The notes: generated by a model not told the origin, from the sequence alone. 64,000 nucleotides of DNA from Cenarchaeum sp. (GCA_965212015.1 OZ243037.1:768001-832000), one strand, 5' to 3'; counted from the stretch's first letter, positions 28,862 to 39,923 are shown. Translations and numbers: made by a program.

Positions 28862-29787
28862 ACTATACGGTGGGAACGCGCAAAAGCGCGCTGGCACTTG
28901 CGCAGACAGGCCAGATAGTAGAGGAGCTCAAAAGGGCAAACCCCGGTTCGGGCTATGAGGTTATGGGAATGCAGACAAGGGGTGACACGGACTCAAAGCC
29001 GCTGTTTGCAATCAACCAGAGGGGAATATTTGAAAAAGAGATAGACCTGGCGGTGGCAGACGGGAGGATGGACTTTGCCGTGCACAGCCTCAAGGACGTC
29101 CCGACTGATCTTCCAGAGAGCCTCTGCATTGCGTGCGTTCCAAGGCGCGAGGCGGCAAACGACGTGATAATATCCGGCGACGGGGCCGACATTTACTCCA
29201 TAGCGCCGCACGGAATAGTCGGCACCAGCAGTCTGAGGCGCGCAGTACAGATAATGCGAAAAAGGCCGGATCTCCAGACAAGGCCGGTCCGAGGAAACAT
29301 CGAGACGCGCATCAAAAAAATCTCAGACGGCTATGACGCAATAGTGCTTGCGCAGGCCGGAATCTCCAGGCTGGGGCTGAATGTCCGGTACTCTAGGCTG
29401 CCTGTGAGTGATTTTACGCCGTCGCCGGGGCAGGGGGCCCTTGCCGTGGTGGCTCGCGCAGACGACGCAGAAACAATCGGCATGCTGGAGGGAATCGAGG
29501 ATGCACAGGCGCGCGCAGAGACCACGGCGGAGCGCGCGCTTTCGAGTTACGTCGAGTCCGGGTGCAGGTTTCCCGTGGGGGCGCACGCAAGGACGTCGGC
29601 AGGCGAAATGACGCTCAGAGTCGAGGCCTTTTCGGTGGACGCAAAAAAATCACTGGCAGTGGAGAGGACGGGTCCGGCAAAAGACCCCGAGGGATTAGGC
29701 GAGGCCGCAGGCAGGCAGCTGCAGGAAATGGGCATAGATGAGCTTTCATTAAATTGGAGAGAAAGGATGGAAGAGTGGAACAGATGA
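28858..29787 (+). CDS. hemC: Hydroxymethylbilane synthase
   Basis: GTRKSALALAQ, VHSLKD, GTSSLRR and RGNIETR motifs. Confidence 0.97.
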   Translation: MNYTVGTRKSALALAQTGQIVEELKRANPGSGYEVMGMQTRGDTDSKPLFAINQRGIFEKEIDLAVADGRMDFAVHSLKDVPTDLPESLCIACVPRREAANDVIISGDGADIYSIAPHGIVGTSSLRRAVQIMRKRPDLQTRPVRGNIETRIKKISDGYDAIVLAQAGISRLGLNVRYSRLPVSDFTPSPGQGALAVVARADDAETIGMLEGIEDAQARAETTAERALSSYVESGCRFPVGAHARTSAGEMTLRVEAFSVDAKKSLAVERTGPAKDPEGLGEAAGRQLQEMGIDELSLNWRERMEEWNR

Positions 29788-30521
29788 CAGGCAAGGTATA
29801 CCTGGTGGGCGCAGGCCCTGGCGATGCCAGGCTGATCACGCTTCGCGCAGCGGAGCTGCTCAGAAAGGCAGACGTGGTATTATACGACAGGCTGGTCGGC
29901 AGGAAAATCCTTGCAATGATTCCAAAGGACGCGCAAAAAATCTATGTGGGCCGCGCAGTGGGTGACGACACAGGCCACCAGAATTCCACAAACGCACTCA
30001 TGGAAAAGCACGCAAGGGACAAAAAGACAGTCGTCCGCCTAAAGGGCGGTGATCCCACGATGTTCGGCAGGGGCGGCGAGGAGGCAGAATTCCTCAAACG
30101 GCACAAGATAAGATGCGAGATAGTACCTGGAATCACGTCGGGGATTGGTTCTGCAACGTACGCCGGAATACCGCTCACGCACAGAAAGTTTGCGTCGTCT
30201 GTGGCGTTTGTCACCGGCCACGAGGATTTTGAAAAAAAATCCCCCGCCGTAAACTGGAAAAAGCTTGCAAAATCAGTAGACACCATCGTTATAATGATGG
30301 GCCTCGCCGGCATTGACAGAATATGCAAACAGCTAGTGCAGGGCGGAATGGACGCAGACACGCCGGCTGCCGTGATTCAAAACGGCACCACCCCGAGACA
30401 AAAGACCGTCACCGGAAACATATCGAACATTGGCAGGCTCGCAAGGCAAAACAGGATCAGCCCGCCGGGCGTAATAATAATAGGAAGGGTAGTCGGCCTG
30501 GCAGGGGAGGAAAAATGCTAG
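29784..30521 (+). CDS. cobA: Uroporphyrinogen-III C-methyltransferase
   Basis: VYLVGAGPGD, RLKGGDP and GRGGEE motifs. Confidence 0.95.
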   Translation: MTGKVYLVGAGPGDARLITLRAAELLRKADVVLYDRLVGRKILAMIPKDAQKIYVGRAVGDDTGHQNSTNALMEKHARDKKTVVRLKGGDPTMFGRGGEEAEFLKRHKIRCEIVPGITSGIGSATYAGIPLTHRKFASSVAFVTGHEDFEKKSPAVNWKKLAKSVDTIVIMMGLAGIDRICKQLVQGGMDADTPAAVIQNGTTPRQKTVTGNISNIGRLARQNRISPPGVIIIGRVVGLAGEEKC

Positions 30522-31330
30522 ACGGAAAGACCATAGCAATCACCAGATCAGAGCAGGACGCCGCAGAGTTTATGGAGCTGATGGCCGGGGGCAACGCAAG
30601 GCCCGTGCCGCTGCCCACGATAGAGCTGGTAAGCAGGGGCGAAAAGATTGCCGACGAGTTCCTAGAGTCCGCAGGGCGCTACGATCCGGACTATGCCGTC
30701 TTTATGAGCTCAAAGGCAGTAAGGCTGCTCTTTGATGCCGCAAAGGCATCCTCCAGCTTTGAGCGCCTCAGGCTTGCGGTGGCAAACACAACCGTAATCG
30801 CAGTCGGGCCCAAGACAAGGGACGCCCTCGCAGAGTACGGAATCAGGGTATCGCACATGCCGGAGCTGTTCTCGTCAGTCGGCATAGGCGAGGTGTTTAC
30901 AAGGCTCAACCCGGCGGGAAAAAAGGTGATCGTTCCGCGAAGCGGCGCATCGACTCCGTTTCTCGCAGAGCTGCTCTCCAAGATCGGCCTTGACGTCCTA
31001 GAGGTGCACCTGTACGACGTCTGCGCATTCCGGGACACCGCCCAGTGGAACGAATTCCGGAAAATGTTCTCCGGGGACGGAATAGACGGGATTATCTTTA
31101 CTAGTGCGTCCTCTGTAAGGGCGTGGTTTGAGATAATGTCGGCAGATCACGATTCTGACGCGCTTTTGGGGCGCCTGCAAAAAAGCAACATAGTCGCAAT
31201 CGGCCCGTTTACCGCCGGCGAGCTAGAAAAGTTCGGCGTGCAAAACACCGTATCGCAGGTTCACACGGTGCGCGGCGCAGTCGAGACGATCAGCAGTGTT
31301 CTAGGCGGGGGCCAAAAACGCCGTCCCTAG
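30515..31330 (+). CDS. hemD: Uroporphyrinogen-III synthase
   Basis: IAITRS, AVGPKT, IFTSASSV and AIGPFT motifs; operon context. Confidence 0.92.
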   Translation: MLDGKTIAITRSEQDAAEFMELMAGGNARPVPLPTIELVSRGEKIADEFLESAGRYDPDYAVFMSSKAVRLLFDAAKASSSFERLRLAVANTTVIAVGPKTRDALAEYGIRVSHMPELFSSVGIGEVFTRLNPAGKKVIVPRSGASTPFLAELLSKIGLDVLEVHLYDVCAFRDTAQWNEFRKMFSGDGIDGIIFTSASSVRAWFEIMSADHDSDALLGRLQKSNIVAIGPFTAGELEKFGVQNTVSQVHTVRGAVETISSVLGGGQKRRP

Positions 31331-31395
31331 GCGCGGTTATTTAGCTATACCTCATTTTCCTTATCTATTTATAATATAACAGGGTTATTTTCCGC

Positions 31396-32796
31396 ATGAC
31401 GACTGAAAATCTGGACATGGATTATTCAAAGTATGATTTCAAGGATTCGACTGAATTGTACGTGCATTTGAGCAAAAAGGGGCTCTCAAAGGAGACGGTA
31501 AAAAGCATCAGCAAGATGAAAGACGAGCCGCAGTGGATGCTCGACTTTAGGCTGCGCTCGTACGAGATATTCATGAAAAAGCCAATGCCGACGTGGGGCG
31601 CCGATCTCAGCTCCATTGACTTTCAAAACATATTCTATTATGCAAAGGCATCCGAAAAGACCGAAAAGAACTGGGACGACGTGCCAGAGGACGTCAAAAA
31701 CACGTTTGACAAGCTCGGCATTCCAGAGGCCGAAAAAAAGTTTCTGGCCGGCGTCGGCGCGCAGTACGAGTCAGAGGTGGTATACCACAGCCTCCGCGAG
31801 GACCTGCAAAAGCAGGGGGTGCTGTTTCTCGATACCGACTCTGCGCTAAAGGAGCAGCCCGAGATTTTCAAAAAGTACTTTGGCAAGATAATCCCGCCCG
31901 AAGACAACAAGTTTGCCGCACTGAACAGCGCCGTGTGGAGCGGCGGCTCGTTTATCTATGTCCCGCCCGGCGTCAAAGTCGACATGCCGCTGCAGGCGTA
32001 CTTTAGAATCAACGCAGAAAACATCGGACAGTTTGAGAGGACGCTCATAATTGTGGACGAGGGCGCAGAGGTCCACTATATCGAGGGATGCACCGCGCCG
32101 GTATACTCCTCAGAGTCGCTCCATTCGGCAGTAGTGGAGCTAGTAGCGCACAAGGACGCAAAGCTGAGATACACCACCATCCAGAACTGGAGCAACGACG
32201 TCTATAACCTGGTGACAAAGCGCGCCTATGCGTACGAAGGCGCAGCCGTCGAGTGGATTGACGGAAACATCGGAAGCAAGATTACAATGAAGTATCCGGG
32301 GGTCTATCTGCTCGGCCCGAGGGCCTACGGCGAGACGCTCTCGATTGCGTTTGCAGGAAAGGGGCAGCACCAGGACACGGGGGCCAAGATGGTGCACCTG
32401 GCGCCGGACACCACCTCAAAGATAACCTCAAAGTCAGTAAGCAGGCTGGACGGCCGCTCCACGTACAGGGGGCTCTTGAACGTGGCAAAGGGGGCGACTG
32501 GCGTAAAGTCGACTGTAAGATGCGACGCGCTGCTGCTAGACGACACCTCAAAGACTGACACGTACCCGTACATGGAGATAAACCAAGAGGACGCAACGAT
32601 TACGCACGAGGCAACGGTGGGCAAGATTGGCGACGAGCAGATATTCTACCTCATGACGCGCGGATTCAGCGAGGAGGATGCCCTGGGCCTGATTGTAAAC
32701 GGGTTCATGGAGCCGTTTACCAAGGAGCTTCCAATGGAGTACGCAGTAGAGCTAAACAGGCTCATAAAGCTAGAGATGGACGACTCTGTCGGCTAG
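31396..32796 (+). CDS. sufB: Fe-S cluster assembly protein SufB
   Basis: [16 protein letters not shown] and ELPMEYAVE motifs. Confidence 0.97.
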   Translation: MTTENLDMDYSKYDFKDSTELYVHLSKKGLSKETVKSISKMKDEPQWMLDFRLRSYEIFMKKPMPTWGADLSSIDFQNIFYYAKASEKTEKNWDDVPEDVKNTFDKLGIPEAEKKFLAGVGAQYESEVVYHSLREDLQKQGVLFLDTDSALKEQPEIFKKYFGKIIPPEDNKFAALNSAVWSGGSFIYVPPGVKVDMPLQAYFRINAENIGQFERTLIIVDEGAEVHYIEGCTAPVYSSESLHSAVVELVAHKDAKLRYTTIQNWSNDVYNLVTKRAYAYEGAAVEWIDGNIGSKITMKYPGVYLLGPRAYGETLSIAFAGKGQHQDTGAKMVHLAPDTTSKITSKSVSRLDGRSTYRGLLNVAKGATGVKSTVRCDALLLDDTSKTDTYPYMEINQEDATITHEATVGKIGDEQIFYLMTRGFSEEDALGLIVNGFMEPFTKELPMEYAVELNRLIKLEMDDSVG

Positions 32797-32813
32797 GCAT
32801 CGCATGATGTACA

Positions 32814-34214
32814 ATGTCACAACTAGCGTTATCCACCATCAACTCGGGCCACATAGACGACATATCATCCTCAAAAAACGAGCCCGGCTGGCTAAAACAG
32901 CACAGGAGGGACTCGCTTTCCATATACGAGCAGCTGCCGCTGGAGATCTCGCCGCTGTACGGCAAGTACACCGACGCAAAAAAAATGGATCCGCAGCAGG
33001 TCCTTCTCTCGACTAGCTCAGATGCGACGGTTCCGGAATTCCTAAACAGGAGGCTTGACGAGCTCAAAGACGAGATCTGCATAATACAGGTCGGCTCCAA
33101 CATACACAGGATACGCCTTCCAGAGGGGCAAAAGTCGCGCGGCCTGGTAATGTCGTCAATCGACGAGGCGCTAGCGGAGAATCCGGACCTGGTAAAAAGG
33201 GCGCTAGAGGCCTCAAGCCCGAGGGAAGACAAGTTTACGGCCCTCAACAATGCGGCGTTTAATTCCGGGATATTCGTGCACCTGCCAAGGAACCTTGTGT
33301 TAGACGGGCCCATACACGTCCTGTCGTGCCTTTCGGTGGACCAGGCATCGACCATATCGCGCAACGTAGTCTTTGCAGACGAGGGCAGCAGGGCCGCCAT
33401 AGTGCAGGAGCTCTATTCGCCGGCATCGCAAAAGCAGCAGGCATACATGGAGCTGCTCAACGTCGGCGTGGCCGCCGGCGCGCACCTGGACATTACCACG
33501 CTGCAGATGATGGATCAAAGCTCGATTAACTTTTCGACGCGGCGGACAGACGTTGCGCAGGACGGCAAGATAAACTGCTATCTCGGGCTGTTTGGCACAA
33601 TGCTCTCAAGGTACAGGATAGACTATCACCTGAACGGCCCTGGCGCGCAGGCAAACGACTCGGAGGTGGCATTTGGAAACGGCGAGCAGTCATTTGACAT
33701 ACAGTCAAACGTAAACCACGCCAGCCCCTCCACTGAGGCACGGATAATCGAAAAGTCAATCCTCAGGGAGAAATCAAAGTCCCTCTTTAAGGGGATGATC
33801 AGGATAAAAGAGAACGCCGCAAAGTCCAACTCGTACCTCTCTGGCCGCTCCATCCTGCTTGACAAGGGCGCAAAGTCAGACGCAATCCCGGGACTGGAGA
33901 TTTTCACCAACGACGTAAAGGCGACGCACTCGGCGTCAGTGGCACAGATTGACGAGGAGCAGATCTTTTACCTGCAGTCAAGGTGCCTTGACAAAAAGCA
34001 GGCAGAAAGGACCATAGTCGAGGGGTTCCTAGAGCCGCTGTCGCGAAAAATGTCCTACCAGGTGAGGGCGTGGATATCATATCTTATCGAGTCAAAGTGG
34101 GAGGGACGCGAGCTTTCAATCAACACCGACGAGGAGCTGCGCAAGTTCGTCGAAGTCGAGGAGACAAGATACAACGAGGACGAGGAGATAGAGCAGCACT
34201 ACAAATACAGGTGA
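32814..34214 (+). CDS. sufD: Fe-S cluster assembly protein SufD
   Basis: SufBD beta-helix; PGLEI..NDVKATHSA and FYLQSR motifs. Confidence 0.92.
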   Translation: MSQLALSTINSGHIDDISSSKNEPGWLKQHRRDSLSIYEQLPLEISPLYGKYTDAKKMDPQQVLLSTSSDATVPEFLNRRLDELKDEICIIQVGSNIHRIRLPEGQKSRGLVMSSIDEALAENPDLVKRALEASSPREDKFTALNNAAFNSGIFVHLPRNLVLDGPIHVLSCLSVDQASTISRNVVFADEGSRAAIVQELYSPASQKQQAYMELLNVGVAAGAHLDITTLQMMDQSSINFSTRRTDVAQDGKINCYLGLFGTMLSRYRIDYHLNGPGAQANDSEVAFGNGEQSFDIQSNVNHASPSTEARIIEKSILREKSKSLFKGMIRIKENAAKSNSYLSGRSILLDKGAKSDAIPGLEIFTNDVKATHSASVAQIDEEQIFYLQSRCLDKKQAERTIVEGFLEPLSRKMSYQVRAWISYLIESKWEGRELSINTDEELRKFVEVEETRYNEDEEIEQHYKYR

Positions 34215-34528
34215 CGGCGTTGGGCGAGTGGACAAGGGTGTGCAGCACAGACGAGATTGCCAAGGGACAGACGCTCAGCTTTGAGCGCGGCGAAAAAAAA
34301 ATCCTGCTGGCAAACCTGGATGGCAGGGTCTTTGCGACGGATCTTGCCTGCACCCATGCAGATGCGGATCTCTCAGGCGGCTTTCTCACAGACGAGGGGA
34401 TTCGCTGCCCGCTGCACCTGTCAGTCTTTGAGCTGGAATGCGGCAGGCCGCAAAACCCGCCAGCAGAAAAAGCCCTGAGGACGTACGGCGTCAAAATAAG
34501 CTCAGGCGAGGTATACGTGGAGCTGTAA
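34211..34528 (+). CDS. Rieske [2Fe-2S] ferredoxin
   Basis: CTH...CPLH motif. Confidence 0.92.
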   Translation: MTALGEWTRVCSTDEIAKGQTLSFERGEKKILLANLDGRVFATDLACTHADADLSGGFLTDEGIRCPLHLSVFELECGRPQNPPAEKALRTYGVKISSGEVYVEL

Positions 34529-35772
34529 TGATGCAAGGCCAGCTCGGCGACACAAGAAGGGACTTTCCCATACTAGGCAGGAGGATGCGCGGCGACAGTC
34601 CCCTGGTATACCTGGATAACGCATCGACTACGCAAAAGCCAAACCAGGTGATAGACGCAATCAGCGGCTATTACAAAAACCACAATGCAAACATACACAG
34701 GGCCGTATACGAGCTGGCCGAAGAGGCCACGGCGGCGTACGAGTCGACCAGGGACAAGGTTGCAAAATTCCTGAACATAAAAAACCGCGAGGAGATTGTC
34801 TTTGTGAGGGGCACCACTGAGGGCATAAACCTGGTGGCGTATTCCTGGGGAAGGGCCAACATCAAAAAGGGCGACATTATCGTCACCACGGAATACGAGC
34901 ACCACAGCAACATAGTCCCCTGGCAGCAGCTGGTGCGAGAAAAGGGCGCAGAGCTGGCATACATTGACATCGACGGGGACGGCGAGCTGGTCCTGGACGG
35001 GCTTGATGCGCACCTGGCAACCGGGAGGGTCAGGCTTGTGGCATTCAGCCTAATGTCCAACGTGCTTGGGACAATCACAGACGCCGAGTCGATAATTGCA
35101 AAATGCAAAAGGGCCGGCGCCCTGACGCTCATTGACGGGGCGCAGGCAGTCCCGCACATGCCAGTCGACATGCAAAAGCTGGGCTGCGACTTTTTCGCAT
35201 TCTCCGGCCACAAGATGCTGGGACCGACCGGAATCGGGGTGCTGTGGGTGCGCAGGGACATACTTGAGGCGATGGAGCCGTTTCAGGGGGGCGGCGACAT
35301 GATCCGCGAGGTGCACAAGTTTGAGACCACGTGGAACGACCTTCCCTACAAGTTCGAGGCAGGCACGCCGAGCATCGCAGACACCGTGGGCCTGGGCGCC
35401 GCAGTGGACTATCTTTCCGGAATCGGGATGGATGCGGTGCGCCGGCACGAAGTCGAGCTTACCGCGTACGCGCTGGAGAAAATCTCGCGCATCAGGGGGA
35501 TTACCGTGTATGGCACAAGGGACCTCAAGAGGCGCGGCGGCGTCATTTCGTTCAACTTTGCAGACGTGCACCCGCACGACGTGGCGCAGATAGTCGACGG
35601 GGACGGAGTCGCCATACGCTCCGGCCACCACTGTGCGCAGGTGCTCATGGAAAAGCTCGACGTTGCGGCGACAAACAGGGCGAGCTTTTACATATACAAC
35701 ACGAGGCAGGACGTCGATGCGCTTGTGGATTCACTCAAAAAGGTAGCGAGGTTGTTCAAGCTTGAGCAGTAA
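34528..35772 (+). CDS. sufS: Cysteine desulfurase
   Basis: YLDNASTTQKP, SGHKM and RSGHHCA motifs. Confidence 0.96.
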   Translation: MMQGQLGDTRRDFPILGRRMRGDSPLVYLDNASTTQKPNQVIDAISGYYKNHNANIHRAVYELAEEATAAYESTRDKVAKFLNIKNREEIVFVRGTTEGINLVAYSWGRANIKKGDIIVTTEYEHHSNIVPWQQLVREKGAELAYIDIDGDGELVLDGLDAHLATGRVRLVAFSLMSNVLGTITDAESIIAKCKRAGALTLIDGAQAVPHMPVDMQKLGCDFFAFSGHKMLGPTGIGVLWVRRDILEAMEPFQGGGDMIREVHKFETTWNDLPYKFEAGTPSIADTVGLGAAVDYLSGIGMDAVRRHEVELTAYALEKISRIRGITVYGTRDLKRRGGVISFNFADVHPHDVAQIVDGDGVAIRSGHHCAQVLMEKLDVAATNRASFYIYNTRQDVDALVDSLKKVARLFKLEQ

Positions 35773-36202
35773 CGCCGACATTTACCACGAGATGATCATA
35801 GACTATTCCCGAAACCCGCTTAATTTCGGCAGGATTGAGAATCCGGACGCGACATACCACGATTCAAACCCGCTGTGCGGCGACAGCATAGACATGGACC
35901 TAAAGTTCGATGGCAAAAAAATCGCAGATATCAAGTTTCACGGAAAGGGGTGCGCCATCTGCATGGCGTGCTCGTCGGTCCTCACCGAGATTGCAAAGGG
36001 AAAGGAGATCGACGCAGTAAGGGCCATAGAAAAAAACGACGTCCTCGGCGAGCTGGGCCTTGAGGGCCTGCAGGCGGTGCGTATAAAGTGCGCGCTCTTA
36101 TCCCTCAAGGTTTTAAAGTACGCGCTGTACTCGCACCTGATCAAGGACGTTTCTGGCGCCGAGACTGACAAGCTAAAGGACGATGCTGCGAGCCTCTACT
36201 AG
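35762..36202 (+). CDS. sufU: Fe-S scaffold SufU/IscU-like protein
   Basis: NPLCGD, GCAIC and RIKCA motifs. Confidence 0.9.
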   Translation: MSSNADIYHEMIIDYSRNPLNFGRIENPDATYHDSNPLCGDSIDMDLKFDGKKIADIKFHGKGCAICMACSSVLTEIAKGKEIDAVRAIEKNDVLGELGLEGLQAVRIKCALLSLKVLKYALYSHLIKDVSGAETDKLKDDAASLY

Positions 36203-36203
36203 T

Positions 36204-36551
36204 ATGGACGGCGCAAAGACCCCGCCGGGGCTTCAGATAAGGAGGATAATCTTTGAGAGGTTCAACGATATCGAGGCCCGGTTCAACAATGACGAGATTC
36301 TCGACATACTAAGGCAGGACGGGGATGCGGACAGTACGATAGACGAGCTAGAGCCGTACTTTGAGGAGATTTGCAGGCAGGGCCTGGTCAGGAACATTGC
36401 GCAAAACCTCACCACAATGTGGTTCAAGCTCTTCGAGCCGATGAGGAAAATTCACTGCAATGCGTGCGGTCTGGACGTGCATCTGGGAGGCGGCGAGGTG
36501 GTGTGCCCGAATCCCGGCTGCAAAAAGGCGATGCGCGCAGATCAGGGATAG
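36204..36551 (+). CDS. Conserved hypothetical protein (wHTH plus C-terminal Zn ribbon)
   Basis: CNAC...CPNPGC. Confidence 0.7.
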   Translation: MDGAKTPPGLQIRRIIFERFNDIEARFNNDEILDILRQDGDADSTIDELEPYFEEICRQGLVRNIAQNLTTMWFKLFEPMRKIHCNACGLDVHLGGGEVVCPNPGCKKAMRADQG

Positions 36552-36579
36552 TTTTGTGTCGCAAACAGATGGAATGATC

Positions 36580-37110
36580 TTATGGGCGTTTTAGCAGTGA
36601 TTTTTTTAGCTTTGTCCATTTTTCGTATGCACTACATATTCTATCGGAGCCATAGTTTGCCTTTATCTCGCACACCTTTTCAAGCAATTGGGCACGATAC
36701 AAGCGAGGGTTGTTTTTATGTACAAAGTCTATGGTTGCCGCAAGCTCCAACTCTTCTTTGCTCCAATCAGATAAATGTGCCACAAGCTTGCGCGTTTTTG
36801 CCGTTTTTTCGGAATCACAGATGGTTTTTTCAAATTTTTTGACCAATGTCCTTCCATCCTCGGTAAGATTAAATGTGTATGGGCTGCCTTTGCTTTGTTC
36901 AATCCATTTTGCACCCTCTGCCGTCTTTACAGTGTTTGCAAATGTAAATGAAAATGGCCCGTAATAGTGAAGTCTGTAATCTCGGATGTCCCAGTCCAAA
37001 TACTGGCAAAAGTATATCATTTTTTGAAGCTTGGTTCTTCCAACAATTTTCTTGTCCTTGCTACCGTCTATGGCCATACAAAGCAACCCCACGTCATTGA
37101 TCAAGGTCAT
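36580..37110 (-). CDS. YwgA/Panacea-like protein
   Basis: GRTKLQKMIYF...YRLHYYGPFS...LELAATI motifs. Confidence 0.75.
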   Translation of the reverse strand: MTLINDVGLLCMAIDGSKDKKIVGRTKLQKMIYFCQYLDWDIRDYRLHYYGPFSFTFANTVKTAEGAKWIEQSKGSPYTFNLTEDGRTLVKKFEKTICDSEKTAKTRKLVAHLSDWSKEELELAATIDFVHKNNPRLYRAQLLEKVCEIKANYGSDRICSAYEKWTKLKKSLLKRP

Positions 37111-37135
37111 ACGCTATAATCATCTGCTGTTCTAT

Positions 37136-38482
37136 TTAATTTAGCAGGTCTAATATCCGTTCACCCTTGGTTAACACTTCTTGAGGGTAAAAGATCCTAG
37201 TAGATCGCTTTTCTTCGCTTATGGCTTTGACTAATGAAGAGACTTGCGTTATCTCTTTAAGATCGCCGTTATCCATGGATACCAATATGTGACTTATTGC
37301 GGTTTGTCCGTCATCTGGCTCAACATAGGTATAGGGTTCATATCCGGATTCTGGCACACTATTTGGAATAAAATAATAGTCAAAATCAAATTGTTTGTTG
37401 TGGAATCTTTGCTTGATTTTTGATGATTTTAGTAGCAACATAACATTATTTGTAGGATCGATCAATTCTGCTTTGAGTAATTTTCTGTCAATCAAACGTG
37501 TGGATAGATCCCGCAATATTTGATCAGAAGATTTTGTCCAATCTAGGATTGCCGAATAACACGTGTGATCATCCAAGGTCAGGATCATTTCAGGGGTGAC
37601 TTTTTTTCTAATATCAGCTATTTTGGTACGCTCTTTGGGCAAAGCTGATGCACGTTTGAATGTGTTAATTAAAATATTTTCCATGCATTGGCTAGCTTTA
37701 TGATGATAGACGCCTTTATACATGTGATATCTGCCTATAAGATAATTTTCTACTGCTTCAATTCCTTTTTGAGATACCGTGGTTGTTCCTTTTAGTGATT
37801 TTTTGGGCGTATTTTTATTCCATATTGACAGCGTATTTGCAATTCTATAAATATCGATTTTCCCATATGTGACTCCAGTAAATAACGCATCCCTCATCAG
37901 ATAATCCAATCTATCTGCATCTAACTGGCTGCTTATTAGTTGGGATACAAATAACAAATCACCTGTTATTTCATGATTTAATATATTACAAATAAGATGA
38001 GGAGATATGTTGTTTTTTTTCAATATCTTTTTAATCTCAGTGTTTAGAATTATATCTCGTGTCAGATGCTCGTGATTGAAATTTCCTCCGTTTAGAAATT
38101 TTTCTGAAGCATGGGAAAACGGCCCATGCCCAATATCATGCAATAATGCGGCAACTGCACCAACAGGCCTAAGCCGTGCAATTCTAGGTTTTGTTATAGT
38201 GGATCTTTTCACGACTGAATCAAACAGTATAAGAAAAACGTGCATTACCCCAATACTGTGAGCAAATCTCGAATGGGTTGCATTTGGATAAACAATCGAT
38301 GTAAGACCAAGCTGATGCAATCGTCTCAATCTTTGAAAATGAGGCGTATCAATTAATCGCTGAATTACCGGATATTCCGATATGTCGATAAAATTATGAA
38401 CCGGATCCATAATTTTGATGGGTTTCTCATCTCGTTTTCTACATGGCACGTCTTTTAGCACATGTTTAGTTGTTTTACTCAC
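37136..38482 (-). CDS. HD-domain dNTP triphosphohydrolase-like protein (SAMHD1/YwfO type)
   Basis: FQRLRRLHQLG, HSRFAHSIG, LLHDIGHGPFSH, DADRLDYL.RD and VYHHK motifs. Confidence 0.92.
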   Translation of the reverse strand: MSKTTKHVLKDVPCRKRDEKPIKIMDPVHNFIDISEYPVIQRLIDTPHFQRLRRLHQLGLTSIVYPNATHSRFAHSIGVMHVFLILFDSVVKRSTITKPRIARLRPVGAVAALLHDIGHGPFSHASEKFLNGGNFNHEHLTRDIILNTEIKKILKKNNISPHLICNILNHEITGDLLFVSQLISSQLDADRLDYLMRDALFTGVTYGKIDIYRIANTLSIWNKNTPKKSLKGTTTVSQKGIEAVENYLIGRYHMYKGVYHHKASQCMENILINTFKRASALPKERTKIADIRKKVTPEMILTLDDHTCYSAILDWTKSSDQILRDLSTRLIDRKLLKAELIDPTNNVMLLLKSSKIKQRFHNKQFDFDYYFIPNSVPESGYEPYTYVEPDDGQTAISHILVSMDNGDLKEITQVSSLVKAISEEKRSTRIFYPQEVLTKGERILDLLN

Positions 38483-38596
38483 ACGTTATTTGCCACATGC
38501 TTGTAGTTAAAATTTATCATTGTGCAAAATCGACACGTAAATATGTTTAAAGATTGAGAGTAAAAAACATGCCCGATCCCCGGCAATATCCGCACG

Positions 38597-39877
38597 TCAG
38601 CCGGCGCCCCTGTGCCTTGCGGCGGCGTGCTCCAGCGACTGGATCATCGGGAGTTTTTGGCCGGTAAGGTACAGTACCAGTGCGCCGCCTGCCGTACTGG
38701 TGTGGTTTATCCTGCCGATCAGATTGTACTTTTTGAGCGCCGACGTGAGGTGTCCCCCGCTCACTATCGTAGTCGCCATAGAGTTTGCCACCCCGTCAAG
38801 AAGGCTCTTTGTGCCATAGCTGAACTTTTCGTTCTCAAACAATCCGGGCGGGCCGCTGATAAACACGGTTCCGGCACCGGATATCAGCCTGCTGTAATGC
38901 TCCACAGTCTTGGGCCCGATATCCAGAATCGAGTCGCCCTTGTTGATGTCGCGAACATCCAGCTCCAGTCTCTGCCCGTCCTTGTCCACTGCCACGTCCA
39001 CCGGGGTCGAAAAGACGTCCGGATACTCCCCAATCAGGGCGTGCGCCTTTGCGACTACCTCGTCTTCGTGCTTTATTCCCAGCGGCGACTTTATGCGCGC
39101 CTGCGCCCTCATGAAGACGTTTCCAATCAGCCCGGTCAGCAGGATGTGATCGGCCCTCTTGTTTTGAATCAGCATCTTTATTGCCTCCAGGCGGTCTGCC
39201 ACCTTGGAGCCGCCCAGCACTATTACGTGCGGCGCCTTTGCGACAGTTATTATCTCGTCGAGCTCGCGGATCTCCCGTTCCACTATCCTTCCCGCGCACG
39301 CCGGAAGCACGTGTGAAAAACCTACGATCGACGGGTGTGATCTGTGCGCGCTTGGAAACGAGTCCAAAACGCACAAGTCAAACAGCTTTCGCAGCCTCTG
39401 CACCATTATCGTGTCGGCCGCCTCGTCTGGCGCAAACTCATAGTTTTCCTCGGCGCAGAGCCTCAGGTTGTCTAGCATCAGTATCTCCCCGCTCTTGAGG
39501 CCGGCAATCTCGGCCTGCGCCGCCTCGCCGATCACGTCCTCCACGTACTTTATGTCGCGCTTTAGCATCCTTTGCAGCACCCTTGTGTGCGCCCTCATGC
39601 CGGTGTATTCCCTGTTTCCCACCCTTCCCTGGTGTGACGCAACGACGAGCTTTGCCTCCTTTAGCGAGTCGATAGTCTCGATTGCCTCCTCTATGCGCTT
39701 TGGGCCGGAGATCTCCATCGTTGCAGGATCAATGGGGCAGTTCATGTCCACCCTCAAAAACACGGTCTTGTCCTTTAGCGCAAAATCATCAAGGGTTAAA
39801 AGCCTCACGCCATCTTGTTTTTTTCTCTTGGTTAAAATCTTTGAGTCGATCGGATGCGGACGGCGGGATGCGGCCAC
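38597..39877 (-). CDS. pgk: Phosphoglycerate kinase
   Basis: RVDMNCP, SHQGR, LGGSK, DIGPKT and STAGGA motifs; start uncertain. Confidence 0.95.
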   Translation of the reverse strand: MAASRRPHPIDSKILTKRKKQDGVRLLTLDDFALKDKTVFLRVDMNCPIDPATMEISGPKRIEEAIETIDSLKEAKLVVASHQGRVGNREYTGMRAHTRVLQRMLKRDIKYVEDVIGEAAQAEIAGLKSGEILMLDNLRLCAEENYEFAPDEAADTIMVQRLRKLFDLCVLDSFPSAHRSHPSIVGFSHVLPACAGRIVEREIRELDEIITVAKAPHVIVLGGSKVADRLEAIKMLIQNKRADHILLTGLIGNVFMRAQARIKSPLGIKHEDEVVAKAHALIGEYPDVFSTPVDVAVDKDGQRLELDVRDINKGDSILDIGPKTVEHYSRLISGAGTVFISGPPGLFENEKFSYGTKSLLDGVANSMATTIVSGGHLTSALKKYNLIGRINHTSTAGGALVLYLTGQKLPMIQSLEHAAARHRGAG

Positions 39878-39923
39878 TTAGTCCAAATATGGCGTCATAC
39901 AACCAGAGTCCGGGTGAAACTGG

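Noticed and set aside
31330-31396. Absence of sufC before sufB
   Set aside because: It may be encoded elsewhere in the genome; this cannot be judged from the window.
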